This document shows, piece after piece, positions 54,388 through 64,000 of a stretch of 64,000 nucleotides of DNA (the stretch's first letter is position 1; the number at the start of each line of letters is the position of its first letter). The notes below the pieces were generated by a model, which saw nothing but the letters and a program-made list of their open reading frames with translations, was not told the DNA's origin and made no database searches. This DNA is from Octopus vulgaris (taxonomy: Eukaryota): contig OX597829.1 in NCBI GenBank assembly GCA_951406725.2, forward strand, positions 55,118,001 through 55,182,000. Reading direction: 5' to 3'. Made by a program: the position numbers and the translations under genes.

Positions 54388-54714
54388 ATATCTGTACATC
54401 ACTACAAAAACTCTCCCCCATCTCTCTCTCCATATATATATAACATCATCATCGTTTAACGTCTGCTTTCCATGCTGGCATGGGTTGGACGGTTCAACTG
54501 GGGTCTGGGAAGCCAGAAGGTTGCACCAGGCTCCAGTCTGATCTGGCAGTGCTTCTACGGCTGGATGCCCTTCCTAACGCCAACCACTCCGTGACTGTAG
54601 TTGGTGCTATTTACGTGTCACCCGCACAGGGGCCATATATATATATATATATATATATATTTAGTGAAGGGAAGAAATGGAGCTGAACGAAGATTCTACA
54701 GAATTCCTTTTATT

Positions 54715-54800
54715 ATTTTCTACACATGTTTCAAAGGCCGCAAATTTCCAAATTCGGATTGAATAAGGAGACCATTTTGCAGATTTCTCTTCAGGAAAAT
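54715..54800 (-). ncRNA. Hammerhead ribozyme motif in the inverted pLTR
   Basis: Reverse complement of 57326-57411 with one stem II difference. Confidence 0.72.
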
Positions 54801-56720
54801 GCAGGAATTTAAATCTCCAAACAAATGCGCAGCAAGTAATTCGAACAAAACGCTCCTTAGGAGCCCATGGAATGGCACAAACTGTCTCTCTAGAGAAGAA
54901 ATTGATATAATTCTAGTCGCCAGAAAATCATTTATAAAGTTTGAAAATAAGTTGTGGGTTCGTAAAGATACTCCCAACGAGTTTGATGTGCCTATGGGTA
55001 GTTCAGATAGCGCGCAGATTGCCAATTTGGTCGGAATCTATATTCTCTACGAATTAGCCGACCAGTTCCCGGATATCGGGGGCGGCCTATATCGTGACGA
55101 TTGTCTGTTTTACCTACAAAACACCACGAACAGAATCGTACAGAAAACTAAAAACAGGTTAGCTAGGTTCTTTAATAGGATGGGCATGAGTATAGTTTTT
55201 GATAACGAACTTACTAAGGCTAATTTCTTAGATGTCACACTAAACCTCCATAGCGATTCTTACTGCCCTTACCACAAGCCTTCCACTAACTTAAAGTATG
55301 TCAGTGTCTTCTCGAATCACGCTAAAACTATAACAGACAATTTGGTTAAAAATATTTCTCAGAGATTATCTAATTTGTCTGCTAGTGTCGACATTTTTAG
55401 GCAGAAAGCGGAATTTTATAATGCCGCCCTGTCTAAAGCCGGTTATAAGGATAAGGTAGTATATATAGATCCGGCTCTTCCTATGCCAGCATTCTGTCAT
55501 CAGGATAGGGCCGGCTACAATAACATAAATAATTTAAGTAGTGATGGTAGCCTAAGGAATGTTGGAACAAGTACATCTAGAATTAATTTAGGTAACATAA
55601 ATAATTTGCGGTCCAGGGGAGGCCATAGTAAGCCAAAACCTATTATTCAACCTAGAAATACCCACCTTAATGTCAGAGTTGACTCCCCGACCCATTACAA
55701 AAACAGGAATAAATATATTTGGTTTGTAATTCCATTTGGTAAACAAATAAGATCTAATCTACCCCTGCAGTTTCGCCAAGCCATTGCCAGTAATTTCCCC
55801 AGAAATTCCAGATATTACGCCACTGTTAACTCACACAAAGTTAGGATAGCCTTCTCCAACACAAAAAATCTCTCCCAGATAATTTCCTCCCATAACAATA
55901 AGCTGCTAAATAAGACCCTATCACCCTCGTCCGGAGATGCCGCTCCGTCTAATGCCAGAATAACGCGCAGTAATAATAATAGTAATAATGATAATAGAAC
56001 CGGCACAGAGATTAGCAATCTCCATACCAGCCATGGAGTTAATAATAGGAATAAGGATAGGAGCAATGTTGACGACACTAACGTTAGTAATGGTAATAGG
56101 GATGAGAGCACTGTCCGAGTCATTAATGTAGAGAGTCCCAATAACACCTTTAGCAACGGTTTTGACAACAGTAGGATCACAGACATTAGCAATCACAGCG
56201 ATCTCAGTGACAGGGAATATACAGGTGATATTCCATTAAATAGTATTGATAATGGGGTGTATAATGTCGAAGACAGCCGCAGTTCTCACAATCATTATAG
56301 TAATAAGAACGCCGTATTAATATCGGAAGCAATAGAATAAGGTTCTTATCTAGTAACTCCAAGATTAGAAATGCCATTTACCAATGCAGAGTTTACACTG
56401 AATCAGATGTCTACTTGTATATCGGAGCGTCATCATCAAAATTGGCCGTGAGAATATCGAACCACTTCACAACATTTCGCGATTTTAATAAACAACACGC
56501 GACAGGACTTAGTAAACTGATCTGGCGTTTGAAGAACGCGAATTCAGCATTTAGACTGGAATGGTCGATTTTATCGGTGTCTCTACCGTTTGATAGAGGC
56601 AAAAGAATATGTAATCTCTGCAACATTTTGTTCGCCCGAGGGCGCTTAGTTAACGGGATTTTGCAAAATTCTTTTAGATGTCCCCATTGGCGGCGGCACA
56701 CATTTCTTGCATACAATTGA
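54799..56720 (+). pseudogene. PLE RT (C-terminal half), Asn-rich linker and GIY-YIG endonuclease; frameshifted
   Basis: 513-aa ORF plus downstream frame NRIRFLSSNSKIRNAIYQC..YIGASS..LSKLIWRLK..CNLC..CPH; the first ~31 codons derive from the inverted pLTR. Confidence 0.85.
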
Positions 56721-57325
56721 AACCTAAGATAATTAACATCTTGATGTCCTAAGAAAAGGAAAAAAATTTTGGAAAAAATTTTGAAAAAATCTTTGAATTA
56801 AATTTGCAAGGGGAAATTACTCCCCTTTTAGCGTATGGTCTGCTACTTTTTTAGAAGCAATATCAGGGATTATACGCCCCTTGATTTGACAAGTCATCTG
56901 TATACAAGCTGGCCACAGACGAACACACAGACACAGGCTTTTATCAGCCGCTTGACCAACAATATCAGCAGTACTCTTTCCCTCTAGCTGCTTCCTAACA
57001 TACTGCTACACATACACAGGCGCACACACACATACATGTGGGTAGGTTCGCACACCTAAATAAGATAGCCTTAATTCTTAAAACAATCCGAACATTAACA
57101 TTAGTTATACAGAATATATTCACACCCTTTGGTTTTCAGTATTTCTTCCCCTACCAGGTTTGACCGCAGTTTGACCTCGATTTATTCCAACGGACTTTTT
57201 CGTCGGCCTCCACCCCCCTGACATCAACGCACATTGAGAGACAGTTTGTGCCATTCCATGGGCTCCTAAGGAGCGTTTTGTTCGAATTGCTTGCTGCGCA
57301 TTTGTTTGGAGATTTAAATTCCTGC

Positions 57326-57411
57326 ATTTTCCTGAAGAGAAAGCTGCAAAATGGTCTCCTTATTCAATCCGAATTTGGAAATTTGCGGCCTTTGAAACAT
57401 GTGTAGAAAAT
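57326..57411 (+). ncRNA. Type I minimal hammerhead ribozyme in the 3' pLTR
   Basis: auuuuc-CUGAAGA-GAAAGCUGCAAA..UUUGCGGCCUUU-GAAA-C-AUGU-G-UA-gaaaau. Confidence 0.8.
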
Positions 57412-57615
57412 AATAAAAGGAATTCTGTAGAATCTTCGTTCAGCTCCATTTCTTCCCTTCACTAAATATATTAAACTTCAATTAGCCGCACTAAGGCACG
57501 GTTGCGACACCCCATGGTCGTAACTTCAACCGTGTTTTTTCTGTTGTGATTTTTGCTACCCAGGTATCGGTTAAATTTTGAATAATCCGTAACAAGATAA
57601 TTCATTTATCCATTT

Positions 57616-57650
<35 letters not shown>

Positions 57651-57976
57651 ATGTATGTATCATTGTCATTATATTATGCCTGCTTTCCATGCTCTCATGG
57701 GTTGGACAGTTTGACTGGAGCTGGCCAGGTAGGAGACTGTACCATGCTTCCCTATCTGTTTTGGCATGGTTTTTATGGCTGGATGCCCTTGCTATCACCA
57801 ACCACTCACAAGAATTTGTTTGGCCTGAGGCTATAGAAGAAGACACTTGTCCAAGGTACCATGCTGTGGGACTGAACCTGGAACCATGTGGTTAGGAAGC
57901 AAACTTCTTACTACACAGCCACACCTGCGCATCCCAACCCCCCCTATGATTATTAATGCAATGACCCTCCTCAGGC

Positions 57977-58016
<40 letters not shown>

Positions 58017-58619
58017 CATATTTTGTATTTTGGGAGGTTTGTTATACCAATAATAATTGTATTCACTGGTGATGCTAATTGGTTAACCAATTAATTAATT
58101 TATTCTTTGATTAATAATTGGTTAATCAATTGTCAAAATCCGTTTGTCACCATTCGTGACTTCTTCACTGACATGCATTCTCTGCTGCAGATCTGCTTCA
58201 GGACCAGAAAGGAAGAATGCTGCATCAGTTGAAGAGATGGATGGTGAAGAGAGAGGCATGCATAGAGCATGAGAAGGGTGAGAGATGTATGGTGGTGGGG
58301 AAGGGGAGATAGTTGGAAGCTCAATGGGGGCAGGGATAATTGAAAATGTGGGTGGAGAGAAGAGTATTAATAGATGAAGGATGGGTAATAACTGAAATGG
58401 TTCTGGATGGAAAGGAAAGTAAATGGTATCAAGGAAGATCTGCAGATAGGGAGGTGATGGGTTGTGGTGGGTGTCTGGAAAAAGGAGGAAGTTGGGCAAC
58501 AGTTCCAGTTGTGAATATAAATACACAGTTCTACTGTAACTCAGTTTTGCTGAGACGGATGAGTCTTCCTGAGAATCACAAATCGCCAATCATCCTGGTG
58601 TTTTGTTACTTCCCCTGAG

Positions 58620-59400
58620 AGGCTCAAAGACCTGAGATCAGCATTCACAACTTCATTCCATGTCTTCCTGGGTCACTTTTGTTCACAAGCTCCAGCCATG
58701 TTTAGTAATCAGCACTTATTTAATTAGCAGTCTTCATCCATATGCATCATGTCCATATAAATGTAATCTTTTCTTGTACATCTCAACTGATCCCCCTTAT
58801 GCCTGGTTTTTCTCTCAGAATTTTCACAATATGTCCTTCATGCACACTTACATTGTACATCCAACAGAGCATGCATGCTCCATTTCTTTCCAGCCTTCTG
58901 ATGTCCTCTGCATACAAGGTCCATGTCTCACTACCATGCAGCATTACAGTTCTAACGGAAACATTGTACAATTTTCCCTTCACCCTTATGGAAAAGATCT
59001 TTGTTGCCAACAGCGGTAGTCATTCACCGAAATGTCTCCAGCCAGTTCTTACTCTTATTCATTCAGAGCAATCACTCCCGTTGCTAATTACATCTCTTAA
59101 GTAACAAAAGCTATTGGCTGCTTCTAGTGAGCCATCTAGTGCATGTAATGTATCGCATACAAAGTGTATGTTTCTGATAGTCTTTCTGCGATTGCACTAA
59201 ATCTCGTGTGTATTCATATCTTACATTGGGTACAGCATATGGAATTTATATCCAATCCATTTCTGCAAATTGAGCAAAGCCATTTCTCTCATAATACCAG
59301 GGTCCTGTCTTACATCGTACTTACTAAAAACCTCGTCCTTGCTGAGTTAACTTAAGGTCTTTCAATTTTACATTTAGGTTTCATGCCTAGAATTTCCTAA
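58620..59400 (-). mobile_element. RTE LINE fragment
   Basis: VKGKLYNVSVRTVMLHGSETWTL..MLCWMYNV. Confidence 0.85.
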
Positions 59401-60389
59401 TTCTACTATAAAAAAAGTTATCAGAACTTGATCATTAGTATATAGGAGTGTCAATGGACATCCAGTCTTAAACTCTTTTATGATGGCCTTTTTGACGATG
59501 TTAGAATATGAATTGTTTCTTTTTATGTAAAATTTTTCATTTGATGAGGCAGTTTGTATTAAGCCTCTTCAGCTTCCAAATGTGTTTTGACAGCAAAATC
59601 AGAGCCAGCTGAAGGTACTGGCAACTCAGGCAGTTGCCCGGGGCGCCAAAGTGGGAGTGATAAAGGCAAGGAAATTTCCTTGACCGTCAGCTTATACACG
59701 CTGAAGTTCAGACAGCCTGGGGTGCCAGCAACCCCAGAGCTGACCCTGGGCAGAGTACTAGTTCGCCTATTGATGAACTTGAAGGTTATGACATGGTTAA
59801 AACAACACAGATCAACAGTTTGCCTGTTCAAAGCATTTTCCTTGGTTTACTCTGAATGCCAACACTTGTATCCAGACTGCTAGCTTTTTTTTCGTTTGTT
59901 CTGAGTAATTTAAATCTTCCCTTTCATAAGTCCCTAAGTTACTCTGGTGGTGGTTGAAGAAATTGGGAACGTGTATCATATCTGATGTATGCACGCCAAG
60001 GAAATATGTCCTGTGTTTCATATAAGGGTTAAACTTGCTCTCATCTTGTTGTGGTATGACTGAAGTCAATTTAGCTCCATACACAATTGGCATATAGCAG
60101 TGTTTATTGTTAAGAGTTTATGGCTAATATACAAGAAGAGAATGTGATGCTGCAGTTACTTTTATTCTTGAATAATATTTTTTAAATTCCTCATAAAGTC
60201 TTCTTTTGATATATATAAAATATGGCTGTCACTGTCGAGTGACATTGCTAAACTTTGCCATTTTGATATAAAATGATATTAACGCCTGGGAAATTATTCT
60301 TTAATATATCTAATATTTACAGGATGGCCAAATTACGTTATATTACACTGTAAAATATTTTATATGTAGTTTATAGAATTTACCTGGGG

Positions 60390-60499
<110 letters not shown>

Positions 60500-60545
60500 C
60501 CCCAATTAAATTCTATAAACTACATATAAAATATTTTACAGTGTA

Positions 60546-60584
<39 letters not shown>

Positions 60585-61061
60585 AAGAGAGATGGAGAAA
60601 GAGAAAGTGCGTTGTATCCTTGGCAATTTTACCTGAATGAAAATTACACCTGACGACAGTTGAGGGAAAGGTTTAACGCTGCAATTGAATCATGTCCAGT
60701 TTAGAGAGAATTCTTGCGCTTTCAAGTCACTTAAACGACTCAGGATCCAGGATAAGATTCAGCCTAATGTCTGTGGGTTTGGTAGAAACTTTTGATATAT
60801 GTGTCTGTCAGAGATAAGGGTGTATGTACAACTGCTGTGCTGATGACGCTTTTGAAGTAGAAACGCATGATTTAAGCAGTCATCTTGTCTCTAAAAGAAT
60901 CAGATCTTTGGTCAATATTTGAAATTTTTTGATTCCTGAGATTATCTCCCCTCTTATGTTAGAGTTGTTCCCAGTTGCCATCGTGTTGACTGTTCTAGCC
61001 TCTCTGGAAGGGGAGATAATTATGATAAATCAAAATTCTTGTATGGTATAATGGCATCATT

Positions 61062-61116
<55 letters not shown>

Positions 61117-61379
61117 GTCTCTGTGTATACATACATGTCTCTGTGTGTATACATTCATATCTCACTACACTACATCACATAATATGCATACATGCACTTA
61201 AGCATAATATGCATACATTACGCACACACATCCTCCTCCCGTCCTTCTCCTCCTCTCTCCTACCTCCTCCTCCTTTAACACCTGATACCATCATCACTAA
61301 AACAAACCACTACAGGCCTCAGTGTGTGTGTACTTGTATGTGTTTGTGTGTGTATGTGGTGATCTAAGCGATTCGATGC

Positions 61380-62720
61380 GCTAGGTAAGTGTTGTAATGG
61401 ATTACTGTGGCACCAAGGTTATAACCAAGTTATTAATGTAAGAAGGCTTCTTACAAAGTTGGGAAATAGTTTGCCAGAATACTTTATTGGCCAGTTTTGA
61501 GTCAGAGTCCAGTTTAAATCCAAAGTCCTGCCATGATTTAGCTTTGGACGTTTTTATAGTCTCTTGCAAATTTCCGCGCCTCAGTGTACCTCATGCGCAG
61601 AAGGGGAAACTTGTTTCTAAACCAAGCTTTGTAAGATTCCTTCTTTGCTCGGATGACATCTTTAACTTCTTGTTTAAACCAAGGATTTCTTTTACCAGCT
61701 GGAGTCGCACTGATCCGCTTTTGTTCAAAGCATTGTGCGACCAAAGAAGAAACTGCCAAACAAGATTTCCACCCCATTTCGACATTCTCAGTCTGTTCAG
61801 GAAGGTCTCTGTATTTGGATGTAATAGTGTCCGCAGATCCCATCATTCACCAGTGATTCTCACCGGATTTACCAGAGGTGCAGGAAGATAGCAAAATCTA
61901 TCAGTGATTTCTGACTGCCGTAATGTCTCTGTGCGAATGCCCGGATGTTTGTCTTCAAGTAAACCATGCTAAGTGAAAACCTCCCAATGTGGGTGTCATG
62001 CTTTGATAGGGGTATTCTCACTTATCCGTTTCCTAATTTCTATGAACTGGATTGACATGCACAACCATTGTGGAAATGGTATCACAATTGGTGTGTGTAG
62101 GATCGGTCGGCTGATATTTAAATGCAACAAGGTGTTACTTGGTTCATCAGAAGGTGATCTCAAGCATACATTGAATGGGTTCAAGATGCCAAGTGCTGCA
62201 AGACAGGGATGAGAATTAATGTTGCAAAGACTGAGACATTGGTCCTCTCAAGAAAGTCTTCCTACTGAGACAAATAGAGAAGTTTCAATATCTTGGGGCT
62301 TTATTAATGAGTGATTGTAGGTAGGAAGAGGAATTGGATGCTAGAATTGCAGGTTCTGCCACAGTTATACACCAGCTTCGGTGTTTGAATCTCAGAAGGG
62401 GAGAGGCTCATAAAAGAAAAAGCCAAACTCACTACCTTCAATTCCGTTTTCATGCCTATCTTCACCAATGGGCATGAATGTTGGACAAATGACTAAAAGA
62501 GAACGATTGTAGATACAAATGGCCGAAATGGTCTATCCCCTAAAGGATCTTTTGAGTAACGTTACCCGACGGCGAGCAGTTCGGAGACGAGGGAATTTCA
62601 CCAGGTCGGGTAGTTGAGAGGTCACAACTTTGGTACTCAGCACATGTGGTTAGAATGCCGCAGGAAAGGATCGCAAGATGGATTCTTCAGGCAGAAGCAC
62701 CTCTTGGAGAAGGTGCCTGA
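61380..62720. mobile_element. Rearranged RTE-like LINE fragments (minus-strand linker part, plus-strand RT C-terminal part)
   Basis: Minus: KRNPWFKQEVKDVIRAKKESYKAW; plus: INVAKTETLV..FQYLG..ELDARI. Confidence 0.6.
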
Positions 62721-63135
62721 GGATTCTACCCCGACAATCCTCCCAAGAATTATAGTTGGTGAAAATGACTGGATGCATATATGTATATGCATTTATGTGA
62801 GTGTATGTATGTGTGTGTGTATGTAAGTATATATGTATGTGTGTGTGTGTGTGTGTGTGTATATACTGGACTCCCCTGTCGTAGATGACAGACTAAGGTT
62901 CCATAATTTATACGTATGATAATCGCTTAATAATATTTTCACATGGCCCCGCATTGAAACAGTCATCGAAGCTGAAGGTGGAGTCATAGAATAACCGCAT
63001 AAGAAAGCCTATGGAGAACTTGGGCAAAAATTCTTATTAAAATACATTTGGTTTTTGCTAGATTAGACTGTTTTATTAAATTACCACATATGTCCTAAAA
63101 TACCTCTCGCACTCTGTGACCTTTCCTTTTTCTAT

Positions 63136-63170
63136 GTTTCTGATGAAGAGCTCCACTCGAAACGTTAAAT
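63136..63170 (+). ncRNA. Ultra-minimal hammerhead-like motif (PLE-type)
   Basis: guuu-CUGAUGA-A-GAG.CUCCA.CUC-GAAA-CGUU-aaau. Confidence 0.6.
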
Positions 63171-63267
63171 CCTCCTTCTTTCTTTCCTTTCCTGAGCGTC
63201 CAATAACACTATACTTGTTCCACGTCCTTACGTTGTTGTGTTTTCTATTTGTTCATGTTTGAAGTAA

Positions 63268-63281
63268 CTATACACACACAC

Positions 63282-63340
<59 letters not shown>

Positions 63341-63433
63341 TACATACATACATACATACATACATACACACACACATACATACATACATACATACATACA
63401 TACATACATACATACATACATACATACATACAT

Positions 63434-63473
<40 letters not shown>

Positions 63474-63478
63474 ACATA
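63268..63478. repeat. (CA)n/(CATA)n compound microsatellite
   Basis: Direct reading. Confidence 0.95.
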
Positions 63479-63480
63479 TC

Positions 63481-64000
63481 TTCGATAGATACATTATACC
63501 CCACCTAGAAGGATATGCCTTGTTTGGTAAACAAAAGGGACAAAGATGCCACCAAACCACCACGTTGTAATAGAAAGTGCCAGCTCTACTATACCAGTGT
63601 GGAAGATATCACCCACATCATCAGCAGCTTCCCAAAAATGTCTACGAGATATTATCCGCCCCTGCGGCATGACTATTTACAATGCTATCTGCAGGAAGGA
63701 CCACCCCAGCACATATATCAAAAAGGCATGTCAGAACCAACATGTATTTATACCTTTAAAAACAAGGAATACTGGTGGAACATCCCAATAAAAAACATTA
63801 TTTCGGTGCAAACATAACAGACCTGATATTGTTCCGTGGAACTGGGAATAAAAGCCATGCACTGTCGTAGATGTCAGCTGCCCGGCAGATGTGAATGTAC
63901 AATCAAAAGTCCAGGAAAAAGGGAACATGTATGGCGAATTAATGCGGCACTTACAGCTCATGTGCTCTGACTATAAATTCTCATCTTTACCTATCATCAT
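63481..64000 (+). mobile_element. R4/Dong-like non-LTR element: CCHC-like and restriction-like endonuclease fragment (runs off the window)
   Basis: CQL..VEDITHIISS..YYPPLRHD, then YWWNIP..HNRPDIV..VVDVSCP..EK..YGEL; frameshifts and a stop. Confidence 0.78.

Larger units (their letters stand above)
54657..57620 (+). mobile_element. 5'-truncated Penelope-like retroelement with inverted pseudo-LTR
   Basis: RT motifs VPMGSSDS, GLYRDD and NFLDVTL; GIY-YIG after one frameshift near 56335; 54657-54890 is the reverse complement of 57236-57470; (TA)n on both sides. Confidence 0.92.

Noticed and set aside
54799-56720. Possibility that the PLEs themselves encode selenoproteins, as reported for some Naiads
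   Set aside because: No in-frame TGA at conserved Cys positions; the break is a frameshift/TAA, and the domain order is C-terminal EN, not Naiad-type

Overview
AT-rich, microsatellite- and transposon-dense eukaryotic DNA. The repeat families (tRNA-derived CORE-type and Meta-type SINEs, RTE-clade LINE 3' ends with (TGA)n tails) suggest an octopus genome; this is an inference. The one host gene I can assemble is absent from the ORF track: a six-exon, + strand selenoprotein W (SELENOW, Rdx family) spread over about 41.7 kb. Its CDS exons are 8951-8997, 17744-17768, 31442-31495, 45445-45522, 47684-47751 and 50620-50626. They encode a 92-aa protein, MSDSGRKRLKIHVVYCGAUGYAKKYKTLKDQLESDFPGQLEFSYEATRSQTGWLEVSLEDGTILHSKKNGDGYITEAKYDKIASGITKALAK. 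The CxxU selenocysteine is an in-frame TGA at 17751-17753, and a form-2-like SECIS (50643-50729) and AATAAA (50772) follow in the last exon. The exon-5 splice donor overlaps an in-frame TGA and precedes an intronic AATAAA, suggesting a possible SECIS-less isoform. The rest is mobile DNA: three Penelope-like (RT plus C-terminal GIY-YIG) remnants, two with inverted pseudo-LTRs; seven minimal hammerhead-ribozyme motifs; Tc1, mariner and maT transposons; a Helentron-like element containing a Gypsy integrase fragment; an R4/Dong-like RLE fragment; MITEs, fold-backs and many SINE/LINE copies. All calls were made by eye, repeat boundaries are approximate, and no searches were run.
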